Shown: positions 1 through 16,951, counted from the first letter of the stretch. The stretch: 64,000 nucleotides of DNA from Balamuthia mandrillaris (GCA_031835245.2 JAVKOQ020000059.1:62001-126000); one strand, 5' to 3'. The notes: generated by a model not told the origin, from the sequence alone. Numbers and translations: made by a program.

Positions 1-35
1 TCTTTTTGTTTGTTTTTCTTACTCTCGCAAAATAG

Positions 36-248
36 GCAAACGAGGAAGCAGGTATCGAACTGACCGAGTCATTGGCAATGGTGCCAACAGCTAGCGTGAG
101 CGCCATCATTCTGGCCAACGAGGAGGCCAAGTACTTTGCTGTCGGAAAGATCGGTAAAGACCAAATAGAGGATTACGCCGCCAGAAAGGGACGCCCCGTT
201 GAGGAAATGGAGAGGTGGCTTTCCAGTATTTTGAGCTACGATGCTTAA
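36..248 (+). CDS. MTR: Cobalamin-dependent methionine synthase, last exon (SAM-binding reactivation domain C-terminus); gene starts before the window
   Basis: After the AATAG acceptor it reads [70 protein letters not shown], the typical MetH C-terminus. Confidence 0.93.
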   Translation, partial: ANEEAGIELTESLAMVPTASVSAIILANEEAKYFAVGKIGKDQIEDYAARKGRPVEEMERWLSSILSYDA

Positions 249-330
249 AACTCAAAAATATTATTTAATCAGGTTCGCTCTATATTCCTTTTTGGCTCCT
301 ATTTTGTTTGTGTTTTGTTTCGTTTGCAAG

Positions 331-714
331 CTATTCTTGAAGAAAGGCGATGATAGCTTCGTTGATTTCTTTGGCGCGTAAGCTGATGGCATAGTGGTTG
401 CCACCTTCTATCGTGACGAGATCGGCATTTGGCATGGCTCTCCTAAACACCGCACTGTTTGCATACGGCACTGTATAGTCTTTATCTCCTTTTTTTTGGG
501 TTGGTTTTGTGATATAGTGGAATGGGCAGAGGACACAGAAAACGAACCCCAAAGCAGCAACACTTTCCTGGGGTGGGTGCCAACATTTTTCAGCATCTCT
601 CCGAAGCCATCGAACGCAAAGTCTTTGACGGTACAAAACAAGGCAGAGAGATAGTCCTTTGATGTCTGCACTTGTTCCATCATACCTGCTTCTACCTATT
701 TGTTGTTTTTTAGG

Positions 715-806
<92 letters not shown>

Positions 807-1811
807 TTATTGTCTTTCCTTTCTCCTTTTTGTTTCGATGAAGAGGCAACAAACCTTCATCCTGAATTGTTGCAGTTGGTCCCTATCAACAACATCCTCC
901 AACACTGCAAACTCGGCGGCGGCGTTGCTGCGAAGCAGAGGCAGAGCGCCGCCGAGGCTCCACGCCACGTCCGCCAGCAACGGCACTTTCAGGAGCCAAC
1001 CCAACAGCCCCAGGTTGACGGGAGGATCACCTCCGCCAACCGGGGCTATCAGGATAAGCTTTTCCACCCTGTCTCCATACACTTAAAAGAAGTTGTGATA
1101 AAAAAAAACAATTGCAAGAGGATGAAGAATGGAAGAACCGACCATGAGCAAAGGCAGTGGCGATGGCTCCGCCCATGGAGAGTCCCACGAGATGAAACCT
1201 GCCCTCCTTGGGGTTAAGGCGCAGCTTGAACAGCAGGTTGGCGAGCTGCGACACGAACAACTGTTCGTTGTAAAGAGCATTCGGCGCTGAGCTGAGCCCT
1301 CTTCCATACAAATGTGAGACGAATGAATGAAGGGAACATTTTTTTGTTTAAAAAAGAGCTAGGAGGTAAAGAAAAACAAAGGAAGACAGAAAGGATATCA
1401 AAAGAAAGTGTTCTGTATCCTTGGTGGTTGAGAGCAGTGGTCAAGTTGTTGAATATTTTGGAGCTCGATAGCAATCCATGAACCAACACTACCTTCGTTT
1501 TGTTGAACGAACGAAAAAGAAGGAGACAACTGGATCAGTTCTAAACAAGCCCATGCCCCACCTTAACAAACAAATAGATCAAAGTAAGAGAGGAACGGCA
1601 CCAATGGGCCTTCTGCCGGTCCTGTGAGGAGGTAATGCGTTATGCCAGCAGGCAACAAGGCGAACGATCCGTTTGCTGCTTGCGGAGGAGACAGCGGTAC
1701 GCCGGAGGGGTGTCCCTTTGGCCGGTGCCAAGTCGCAGAGGGAACATAGAGGAGAGAAAGAGCCAGAAGAACGGCAACCACCACCGGCACCGTTACGCCT
1801 CTGCTCCGCAT
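331..1811 (-). CDS. Alpha/beta-fold serine hydrolase with N-terminal signal/membrane anchor, 6 exons
   Basis: Spliced motifs VVLVHGL, TLSFDLYGRGLS, LVGLSMGG (nucleophile elbow), LLWGDKDYTVP and EGGNH; alternative start at 1829. Confidence 0.88.
1314..1398 (-). other. AT-AC (U12-type, minor spliceosome) intron in the hydrolase gene
   Basis: 5' end ATATCCTTT, 3' end ...TTCCCTTCATTCATTCGTCTCAC; removal joins TTT G|AT TTG TAT GGA AGA GGG = F-D-L-Y-G-R-G. Confidence 0.88.
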
Positions 1812-1903
1812 TTCACTCCTGGAATGCAAAGAATTTTTGGGATTGTATTTTTCGAGGGGTCAAAAGACTAGACTTAAAACAAAAAGAAGTGAGGTGGTAA
1901 AAC

Positions 1904-2002
1904 GAGGAGTCATTTGTAGTGACTCGGTAAAATAATGTAATAATTCTTTCTGAGGAGTCACATGTTTTTAACCAATTTTGAGGAGTCATCTACTGTGACT
2001 TG
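1904..2002. promoter_or_regulatory. Bidirectional promoter with GAGGAGTCA x3 and GAGTCA-N7-TGACT(C/T) inverted pairs
   Basis: GAGGAGTCA near 1904, 1952 and 1980; gagtcatttgtagtgactc and gagtcatctactgtgactt lie between the divergent hydrolase and RPB10 genes. Confidence 0.45.
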
Positions 2003-2089
2003 ATAAGTTTCCTGTCTTTTTCCAAGTTTTTTTGTTTGCTTGCGATCGGCTGAGGAGAGGAGCAACAACAGCATCGACAAAAAACAAAG

Positions 2090-2560
2090 ATGATCATCCC
2101 CATCCGTTGTTTTACCTGTGGCAAGGTTTGTGTTTTGTGGGTGGGTGGGCAGAGGGGATAAAGCGTGATCACAGCCTGAACGGTTTTTGTGTTTTTTTTT
2201 TGTGTTGTTGTTTTGGGTCGATTAGGTTATCGGAAACAAATGGGACACATATCTGAGCCTTTTGCAAGCCGATTACAATGAAGGGTTTGTTTTTTCTACC
2301 CTTTGCTGAGAAGAGGAAACTCCTATTCTAATCATCGACCTCACAAACCTGCCAGAGATGCGTTGGATGCTTTGCAACTGAGGCGGTATTGCTGCCGCAG
2401 GATGTTGCTCACACACGTCGATCTCATCGAAGCTTTGTACGTCTCTCTCTCTCCATCTCCGCATACACGCACTTCCTTTGTGCTTTGTCCCTAACAAACA
2501 AACAACAAAAGGCTGAACTACAACACAGTCGAACGTGCCAGCGAAGAGACAATGGAATGA
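2090..2560 (+). CDS. RPB10: RNA polymerase I/II/III shared subunit RPB10 (RPABC5), 4 exons
   Basis: Spliced [74 protein letters not shown]. Confidence 0.97.
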
Positions 2561-2995
2561 GGAGGAACACCTTTTTTTGTTTTGGCTTAGCGTAATCACC
2601 TGGAAATAAACCCGAAGAGAAATAGGCTTGTTTTCGTGCTCCTCTCCTTTCTCTCTCTCTCCCTCTCTCTCTCTCCCTCTCTCTCTCTCCCTCTCTCTCC
2701 TTCTCTCTTCTCCGCCCCTCTTCTTGTTCTTGTTCTTCTTGTTCTTCTTGTTCTTCTTCTGTTCTTCTTCTTCTTCTTCTTCTTCTTGTTCTTCTTGTTC
2801 TTCTTGTTCTTCTTGTTCTTCTTGTTCTTCTTGTTCTTCTTGTTCTTCTTGTTCTTCTTGTTCTTCTTCTGCATTGGGTTCAACAGGGTACGTTCTCGTT
2901 TATCCTTCTTTTTCTTCTTCGGTACGTTCATCCATCTTCCTTCTTCATCTTGCAACTTATTCCTTTTCTGATCATTTCTTCCCGCACAGGATGAG

Positions 2996-4352
2996 TTAAG
3001 GCTCTCGAGGAGAGGTGCGGTGTGCGTGAGTGGTTGGCGCGATCCTGTTTTGTCTCCTCGCTACTTCTTTGCAAAGGCGGCAGAGAGCGGTGCGAGGGGA
3101 CGTATTTTGTAGCTCGAGAAAGCTTTGAGAGGGGCCATCCTTCTTCCACTGGAGGTACTCCCAATACGCCTCCTCGTTCTTATCCAGATGATGCAGGTAC
3201 TGGGCCAAGCTCTGCACATCCCTTTTTTTTTTTGCATAGTTTAGTACAGTTACATGCCGAAGAAGAGAAAAAGAAGGAGAAAGGAAGAACGTACGGAAAG
3301 TCGGCAACGTTAATGATGGACTTTGGTGCAGGAAGAAAGTCAGCAACGTTCGGAGCTCCCATGTAGACTTATGGAAGAAGTAAAACATTAGCAAAAACTT
3401 AACGTGGGACGTATTTGCGGAACGATGAAAGGCAGCAAGAAGCGAAGAAGGAATACTCAACTTGGAACAGTACCAACGATGAAAGAATGAAACAGCTTTT
3501 CGGTGACGTAGTCCTGCGAGATGGAGTTTTCCATTGCGACGGTGAACTTGTAGCGGGAGGTCAGGTTCCATTTAACTTCCCACCACGGCCAATCCTTCAT
3601 CTCTGGTGGTATGTCCTACTCTCATTTATTCGACGGGTTCACGGTTAGAAAGAAAGAACTTAGCATAACGAAGCAGAAGAAAGAACATATCTAAGCAACA
3701 GAGGACGTGAAGAAAAGAGACCCAATCACGAAGAGTAAAGGAAACGACGAAGCGAAAGCGCCATTAAGAGAAGAGAAGAGAAGAGAAGAGAAGAGAAGAG
3801 AAGAGAAGAGAAGAGAAGAGAAGAGAAGAGAAGAGAAGAGAAGAGAAGAGAAGAGAAGAAAGAGAAAGAGAAGAAGAGAGAGAAGAGAAAGAAGAAAGAG
3901 AAGAAAGAGAAGAGAAGAGAAGAGAAGAGAAGAGAAGAGAAGAGAAGAGAAGAGAAGAGAAGAGAAGAGAAGAGAAGAGAAGAGAAGAGAACGACGAAGA
4001 GAACCTTATTGTGGAAGCACTGACCGTAAGAATCTACGTTGATGTACGTCATTAACTCCTGTACAAACTGGTTCCTGTCGCTCTTTGGATCACAATTGGA
4101 TATCAACATCATTACTGGCACATCTGCAGTCTATGCTTGTGTGTTGTTTTTTAACCCAATTTTTTTTTTTGTTAAACTTTAGGTCTTCTCTTCTCTCATC
4201 TTCTCGGGCCGAGGGGATACCTTTGGTTGGAGCTTCCAATGGTCCGTGTAAAAGTTCTTGTCGATAAAGTACGTGAACGGAACGTCATCTGCCAGATGGT
4301 ATGTCATGTTGATATCGAACATTCTTCTGTATGTTGGATCTTTTTAAAGGGA

Positions 4353-4387
<35 letters not shown>

Positions 4388-5061
4388 ACTGGAACGGAGA
4401 GAGGGACAGAGGAAAGAACCATTCAGGATTGGATAGTTGGCCTCCGCTTCGGTGGTGAACACAACCCAATACTGATATGGATGCTTTTGAGCAGGATTGT
4501 ATCGTCGGGCATGCATTGTCGGCGGGTGGAAAATGAAAGCATCCACCTCGTTAATGCAGCCATCGTCCTCCATCGACACGTCTGCCGCTAGGAAGCATGG
4601 CACTTCGCAGTCTCTCACTGAATCCTATTCTCCACTTTCTTTTTAGCTCTCACTCTTTTTTTTTTTTTTTGCTCTCATGCGCGCAAGAAGAAGCAGAGGA
4701 AGAAGATGCAGACAAAGCAGAAAGTGATAACCTGATGTATGTACAAAAAGTTATCCAACGGATGCCACGCCAATAGCAGGACAGGCCGTTCCGTGTAGTC
4801 AAAGGGGGAGGAAAAGTCCGGGTATAGCTCCTGCAGGCAAGAGCGCCACCGCTCCGGATCGCTGTGAAACCGCTCGGGTCGCCATTGTTCCATCCACCGC
4901 CTATGATAGAGCTCCGTGTGCCATTGCTTGCCGTCCTCGTGGTCCGTGGGGCAGTCCTCGCTGAGGTACGTGCTCAGGTAGAACACCATGTAGAGGGGCA
5001 CCAGCAGCAACAACCCCCAACAGTCCCTCGCCCGCCATTTCATTGAGCTCCTGCGTTTCAT
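2996..5061 (-). CDS. Alpha-1,3-fucosyltransferase (GT10), type II membrane protein, multi-exon
   Basis: N-terminal TM segment; ISNC motif; GT10 motif RYKFTVAMENSISQDYVTEKLFHSFIVGTVP|IYMGAPN; YWEYLQWK. Confidence 0.9.
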
Positions 5062-5335
5062 GGTTAACGTCCTTGCCCCTTCGCTTTTGTTTTTAACAAA
5101 AATTCTTGTTTCCTCAACGGGTATTCTATTTCCTGTTTTATTCGCTCCTGTAAGGTCGACATTATTAAGAGATAAGGAGAAAAAAAAAGAGAGAGAGCAA
5201 GTCAAGTGGGTTGGGTTGGGTTGGGTTGGGAAAGTGGGTAGTCTACACACGTTTGATTCAAATTACATAACAAAAAAAAAACAACAAATAAATAGTATTC
5301 AAAAAAAAAAAACAAAAATAGTCTCCCCTTCTAGC

Positions 5336-6949
5336 TCATCGATGGGGCTCTGACCCCGTTGAGGCTGGGTCATCTCTCTCTTGTTGCTGTTCTTCTTTCG
5401 TCTCGCTCTGCTGAGGCTGTCGTTGTTGATGCTGTTGTTGCTGCGATGATTGATGCTGCAGCAGATAGGCAGAAGCGCGATCCAAAGCCACGGCCAGCTC
5501 TTTGCTTCGAATGGGTTTGCTGATGTAGTAGTTCATGCCGGCTTGGTTGCAGTTCTTCTTCACCCCGCTCTGGAGGTTGGCCGTGCATGCCACTATGAAG
5601 GGCTCCACTTCTGCTTCTTCCTCCTCTTCATCTTTTCGTGCGGTAAGTCTCGTGAAATGGTCTCTTATCAACTTGCACGACGTAAATCCATCCTTTAAAT
5701 TTTTGAAAGTTAGAAGGAGAAGGAGAAAGACTCAAAAAAGCCTCGTCAGATACTAACCATGGTGGGCATGTGCAAGTCCATAAAGACCACGTGATAGGGA
5801 GAAACAGTGTGGCTGGCAGCTACGACGGCATCCAAAGCTTGCTGCCCATCGCTAACAATATCCACATTGTACAGGCCCAATCGCTTTAGCAGCTGCATAG
5901 CAACTTTTTGATTGACTTTATTGTCCTCCGCCAAAAGAATCCGCGTCGACGAGGGCAATTGAATCGGTTTAGGTTTCAAGGCAGAAGATAATGAGGATGC
6001 AGAAGAATTGTTGATGATGTCGCTTGTGAGGGAAGTGAGATGGGAGTGAGCAGCAAACGTGAAAGGACGAGAAGAAGCAGAAGAGGGAGAAGGAGGAGAA
6101 ATTTCTGGCAATAAAGAAGAGAAAGAGGATGCGGCAGAAGAACTAGCCGAAGTCACTCGTTGGAATTGTTTGCGAAGGAAGGAAGATTCTTGCATGACAG
6201 AGGCTTGAACTAGATGAACAGTGAAAGTGAAAGTGCTGCCTTTGCCCACCTCCGATTGCACCTTGATGTTGCCACCCATCATCTCACAGAGTTTCTTGCT
6301 AATCACCAGGCCTAAGCCTGTGCCTTCAAACTTGCGAGTCAAGGAGGAATCCACCTGTTAACATTTTTTTTTTTTGTTATTACACAAAATTAGTTACAAG
6401 GAAAGGGAGAAACGGAGGGATGGTGAGTGAGAGAGAGAGAGAGAGAGAGAAGAGTGGGGAGGAACAGATTAAGAAAGGAGAAGCACAAACCTGACTGAAC
6501 ATTTGAAAGAGGCAATGCATGCGATCAGGAGGAATGCCGATGCCCGTGTCCTTCACTGATATTTGAACCTCAAAGTGTTTTGTTGGGAATGCAGAGTCCA
6601 CTCTGTTACTTACATCTTCTCCATCCTCTTCTGCTTGATTACGTTTCGGAGGATGTGCTTTTTCTTTCGATTCGTACCAAGTTCTCAAAACTTCTGTTTT
6701 GACGGAGACCTCTCCATGGAGAGTAAACTTCAGAGCGTTGGATAACAGATTGATGAGAATCTGTCGAAGTCTGTGTTTGTCTCCCACCATCACATGCGGC
6801 AGAGCGGCAGGGATGGGGTGACAAACAAGTTTGAGGTCTTTGTCTTTGTCGATATTGCCTGTCATCAGCGCCACTGCTTTCAGCACGCATCGATGAAAGT
6901 CAAATGGATATTGCTTTGGAAGAATGAATTTAGACTATATAAGAGAGGG

Positions 6950-6990
<41 letters not shown>

Positions 6991-9069
6991 AAGAAAAAGC
7001 AAATACCTGAAGAACAGTTTTGCCAGCTTCGATCTTCGAGAAATCCAAAATGGTGTTCACCAATGAAAGCAAAGAACGGCAACTCGTCATGATGATCGAT
7101 GCACATTCCCGTTGATCTTCCGAAAGTTCTGTGTCCTGCAACACCGTTGTCATGCCGATGATGGCATTCATGGGAGTCCTGATCTCATGTGAGACCATTG
7201 CCAAGAAATCCGACTTTGCTTTGTTGGCCTTCTCTGCGCTCCTCCTTGCTGCTTCCAGCTCCTCGTTCTGCCACCGCATCATCTGATATTGCTTTTGTTG
7301 CTTCACCAACAATCTGGCTTGAGCCAAACCAATCTCCACTTGCACCGCCACTTCCTCCAGCAACTTCACTTCATCCTCCGTCCACTGCTTTGCCTCGCAA
7401 CATTCTTGCAGCACGATGACTGCTTTGGCGTGATCGGAGTAGGGAATGGAGAGGCAGAGTGCAGAGAGGACGTTCATTGTGCGAAAAGCATCGTAGACCT
7501 GCGGATCAATTGCTGGATGGGGAGAAAACGTAGAAGAGGAGGAAGAACTCTCGTCGGTATGGATCATGTCCAAAGCAACGACACCTTCACAGGTGAGCAT
7601 GCCCGGAATCAACGCTAAAGGCACATGGATATTGTCGGTAGAAAAAGAGTTGGTGTTGGAATGGTGCAAATGTTCTGCAACAAGATCAGCTCTATTGAGC
7701 TTGTTGCTGCGGTCGTGCTTTTGAAGAGAAAGCGCAGAAGAAGAAGAAGCAACGTTATCTGCAGTGATCCCATAACAGTTTGTTCCTTCCCAGGAACCAG
7801 CTCTGGGCCGACCCATTTGAGGGAGAATTTCTTCTGTCACTGCACTGCGTCGACGAAAGTCTAAGATGGGATAACTTCGTTTTCTGCCTTCATGTCTTTT
7901 TTGATACTGACCGGTGGTCGCTACTGTTGATGTTGTTCTTGTTGTTCGCTGTTTCCCATTTGCATTCTTTTCTATCACATTTGCTTCTTCTTCCTCTTCT
8001 TCGTCCTCGGGGTCCTTCTCTTCATCATACTTGTCTTTATCTTCATGTATTTGTTTACCTTTGCCTTTTCGTCTTCGTCTCAAAGACAACGAAGACGTAG
8101 AAGCAGAGGGAGAACAAACATCTTCATCGGTGGTAAGGTCAAAGTCCGCACTAGACTTCTCTCCCTCCACATCTGCGTCTTCGTCTTCTTCATTGGAGGT
8201 GTGCAGCAAATAAATGGACACACGACAAATGTCGAACAACGCTGCCAACTGTTGAGCTGTGGTGTTCCAAATGTCCTCTGCGTTCAATGACTTGCGAATC
8301 TGTGAAGTGATCTTGCTCAGCATGACTGACCGTCTGTATTGCAGTTGCAGCTGTCGTTCTGCCATCTTTCTCTCTCGGATCTCTCTTTCCAGGTCCTCGA
8401 TGGAGGGGATCAGGAAAGCCACGGGGATGAGCTTGTAAATGATAATAGCGGTGGCGAAGCTGATGCCTGCCGTGAAGAGTTTCATCAGCGTTTGCACGAT
8501 GGTGATGTTGACCCATGGAGACAAGGTCGATATGGCATGCGTTGTCCTAAAAGTTTTGTGTTTTTAAAAAAACGAACAAATGAGTATGTGAAGGAAAAGA
8601 GCAGAGGGAGGAGGTGGAGTGGGAGAAGAGAAGAGACGAGAGAGAAGACGAGAGTGAGAAAGAGAGCGAAGAGAGAGAAAGAGAGGAGAAATGCAAGAAG
8701 CAGCGAAGTGACATACCCGCAAGAGACGGTGAAGCTGCCAAACATCCAAATGGCGTGCCAAGCGCCGGAAAGGTCCTTCCTCTTATGGGAGACATACATG
8801 AGGGCGAATGGGATGAGAAAGTAGCAGGCGCAAATGAGGAGGTCAGAGGAGTGTCGCAGCCACAACCAGGTCTTGTCCCCACTCGACACTTTAAATTTTT
8901 GTGTGAGTGATTCAAATCGTGTGCTTTTTTTGTGAGTTCGATGAAACCCAAAAAAAAAGGGTAGCAGATAAACGTACTAGGAAGATCGCTATAAAAGATG
9001 ATGAAGAAAAAAGTAACAAAGGGAGTGACCAAGAAGAGGACAGCCACTGGGTGCCTGTGCCTGTGAGAT

Positions 9070-9108
<39 letters not shown>

Positions 9109-9431
9109 AGAATAAGAAAAATAATGTCACTGATTTTTCTTTAAAGACTAAAATCAAAGTAGCGAGGGAGAAAAAAAAAGTAACCTCTGAAGATACTCCA
9201 GCACAGAATTCAATTGCGGTGAGCCCTCCGCTTGCCCTCGTCCCTCCTCCAAGTCCTGCCCGAGGTCCTCCTGGCTCAGGCAGCGCGCTCGAGCGGCTGC
9301 CGACAAGCTGCCATTGAGTTCCTCCTCCTCCTCCTCCTCTTCTGCCTCTTCCTCCTCCCTCCTCCTCCTCCTCCCCTCTCTCCCTCTTTCTCCCGTTCTT
9401 CCTGGGAGAGCGGCTCGTACCCGCTACGCAT
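5336..9431 (-). CDS. ETR1-like ethylene-receptor hybrid histidine kinase, copy A (ethylene-binding TM domain, GAF, HisKA, HATPase, REC); apparent frameshift in the exon-1 GAG repeat
   Basis: [13 protein letters not shown]...[14 protein letters not shown]...[59 protein letters not shown]. Confidence 0.9.
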
Positions 9432-10128
9432 TGCTTTCTTCTTCTCTTTCTCTCTCTCTCTCTCTCCCTCTTTTTTTAAAACGTTGGGTTTTTGGGGGAG
9501 GGAACTTCCCAGTCTTTTTATTCTCAGCGCCAAAAAAAAAAAAAAATAAAATTGTAACGAGTTCTCAATTTTCTCACTTTGCTTTCTCCTTCTCCTCCTG
9601 CTATGCCCCTTATTGCAACCAACTTTTTGAGCGGTGAATTCAAAAAAAATTGACTTTGGCCGCTCACGGTAACGGCCGATGGGCTTCAGTTTTGTTGCTG
9701 GGATACGGGTAGTTACTACGGTTACGAGACCATGTAAGGATAATATTAATTAAACTATTGGTATTTGGAGATTTACTCCAAATGAGGCGACCGCATCGGT
9801 TGACTGATCCCGACCGTTTTTTCCGATTCGACAAGGGAGACCACGTGGTTCTCTTTTTTGGCTTCGAATTTTTTTTTTCTGTAGCCCGTCCTTTTTTTTT
9901 ATTTTTCCATCGCGTTTTCTGCGAGGCACCTGCTGTGGCTTCGTCCTACGGAAGCCGAGCCTCTCTTCGGATAAGGTGATTGAGGTGCGGACGAGCAAAG
10001 CAGCAACAACAACAACAAACAGAGGTAAGTTGTTCGTTTGATTTTTTTTTTCTGTTCAGTAAGGTTACACTATACATGCGAAGCTCACACACAATAAATA
10101 AAAATAAACACGCAAAGTCCAATCATCT

Positions 10129-14272
<4,144 letters not shown>

Positions 14273-15112
14273 GGTTTGGTTCGTTCCTTCTTCTTGAAGT
14301 GGAGCAAGGCCAAACCCGATGAAGACTCGCGAGTATCAATCAATACCCCTGCAGCCACCACCCAAGCTTCTGGTTTTGGCGGCCAAATAGCAGGAGGCCG
14401 TCGGAACACCTTGTTCTCTCTCTCTCTCTCTCGCCCCCTTATTTTTTTTATTGCTTGCGTTTGCACACAAACTGACGTGGTAGCCTAGCAATGGGGGTAT
14501 CTATGGAAACAAGTCCCGGTTAGGTATTATCGCATAGTTTGGCGGAAATTTCTAAGCGGATGAAACTCTGCAAAAGGAAATGTTCACTTGAGATCGCATC
14601 TCCTTTTGAATTTCGTTCGATTTTGCGCCGTAATGCCAATCACGGTTGTGAATCATTTCCCTATTTGGTCCAACCCCATGTATTTGTCCTCCGGCAAGCC
14701 CAATCAACTTACGCAGAGAGACGCAAAACTTTCATAGTTGTAGGCGCTTCAAAACGCGGCCGAAGACAGTTGAAATTGCAACTTGTTGGCTTCCCCGTAG
14801 TTGTGCTGTAAACTCCCAGGAGTAGACAAAAACCAACGCCACCACGTCACGCTTTTCCCCTTTGTCCCAGCGGAAAAAAACACGTGACTCCCCGCTGCTT
14901 ATGTCTAACCTTTGCGGCGCTACAGTAGTTGTACAGGGGACAAAAAAAGGCATATTGGCCTTGGCGTAGTGCTCCACCCAAGGCCAGATTTGACGGGTTT
15001 TGACAAAGTGTGCAAAGGGTTTTTTTTTGTTTGTCGATTGCGCAAGCGAAAGCGGTCCTCTCCCGTCACCCAGCAAAGCCTGAGGAGACGAGCGGAGACA
15101 GCGCTGTTGTGG

Positions 15113-15611
15113 TTATCTTTTCTTGCTTTTCTTGAGACGCCATTGTAGGCATTGGGCAGCGATGTAGGCCAAGAAGAAATGAACAAAGGACCAACAGGCC
15201 ATCAGCAGGTCGAACAGGTCTGGATAGGCCGACGGCGGACTTACCGTGGCCTTCAACAAATGCAGAAGCACCACGCCACCTCCCGAAAGCTGGGGAAATG
15301 AGACAGACACACAAAAGATTCGACATGGAGTGAGAACAGAGGAAAGGAAATAGAAAAGAGCATCAGAGAGAGGAGAGAAGCATAGATGCAGCGAGGAAGA
15401 AGAATCTTACAGCATGACACAAGGGAAGTAACTTTTGCAGCGTTGGGCCGTTCCAAAGGAAGGACAGGTTGCTGCTGGTTTCACTGTCGTCGGCGAGGCT
15501 AGCCGAAAGAGGATAGAAGAGCAGCCAGGTGGTCGCCAAGTAAGGCACTGTCACTCCATCTCTCAGCAACAATGGATACATGCTTTGTTTTTGTCGTTTC
15601 ATTATCAGCTC

Positions 15612-15647
<36 letters not shown>

Positions 15648-16951
15648 CAAGAGCAAGATATCTTATCAAACCTAAAAGCAGCAATCACGTTGAACCAAGC
15701 AACAAAGCGTGGATAGTCCAACAACAAGCACGTCAACGGCAACAAAGGAAGAAGGATGCTCTTCTCGTGGACGTGATACGAGAACAAGAAGAATGACATC
15801 GACGTGGCGAACAGGCAGAGAAGGAAGCGTCTCGGAGAAGGGTTGAAGAAGAGTTGGATGTTTGCAGGAAGAAAACCCGCCAAAGACATCACAGCGCAGA
15901 GCTTGACCATCGCAGGGACGGAGAGCAAACGATTCACTTTAAGTAAAGGAGAGAGCGCGCACCAGAAGTTGGCCACTTTGTCTTCGTACAATCCTCTTGC
16001 CACCGGAAACAACCGATGAAGCACTTGTAAAGAATTAGCAAAAGAGTCATCCAACAATGAAGACCAAAGTTCAAAGATGTCAAGGAGAACGGAAAGCACC
16101 TTGTTGGATGTCTTCCAACGAATGAAGAAAAGGTGCCCAACATACAGCAAATGTAAGAACAACCACAGCGCCCAACTTGAGCACCATCAAACAACTATGC
16201 CATCTGTTGAATCAAATTAAAGCGTTAATTCGGAGCTACAGAAGAGGAAGAGAAGAAAGAAGCGGAAGAAGAGAAGAAGAGGAAGAACGAAGGTACTTTT
16301 TGTGGCGATTAACGTTCACTGCAAGAAGATAGAAGAAAAAGGTAGGGGCAAAATAGAGACTCATTTGCTTGAAATTCAGTGCTAAACAAAAGCAGATGGA
16401 GCCCAGCACGTCTTGCCTCCGCAACACGAATACAATGGCCCAAAGAGTTAATCCCAAACTTACAGCATTGTACTGGAAATGGCCGTGGTCTATCAGCATT
16501 AAAGAAGGTTGCAACAACATCACAAAGAATGCGGCCATCTATTGCATAGAGAGAAGAGGAGAGGAAGAAGAGTAGAACAGAAAGAAACAAAAACGGAAAC
16601 AAGAAGAAAGAATACAATGAGTAAGTCTTCAAAAGGACAGGGCAGAAGATAAGAAGACAAAGCGATGGAATAAGGAGGAATGCACACCTGCTTAAACCAT
16701 GGCCGATCAGGATAATAAGTCTTTACCAACATATAGAGCGCTGGAAAATAGATGCAAAGCTCGCCCAACAGGACAGTACTCCGCATGAACAGCTTACTGG
16801 ATGCTGTTTCATAACCCCTTGAGGAGAACAGCGCCATGGACGGTGCCTCTATTAATGCTCCTCTAAGCAAATAACTAAGATTAGGTGAAAGGAAAGCGAG
16901 GCACAAAGGAAAGAGCAGAGAGAAACGCTTGAACAGAGAACGGTTGATACA

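Noticed and set aside
2596..2999. Low-complexity ORFs from microsatellites (also 3707-4121, 24625-25173, 29773-30757, 52545-53003, 59230-59793, 63014-63383)
   Set aside because: Translations of intronic or intergenic simple repeats
4133..4220. GTATCCCC donor in the fucosyltransferase as a possible U12 intron
   Set aside because: Deviates from RTATCCTT and has no CCTTRAY-like branch site
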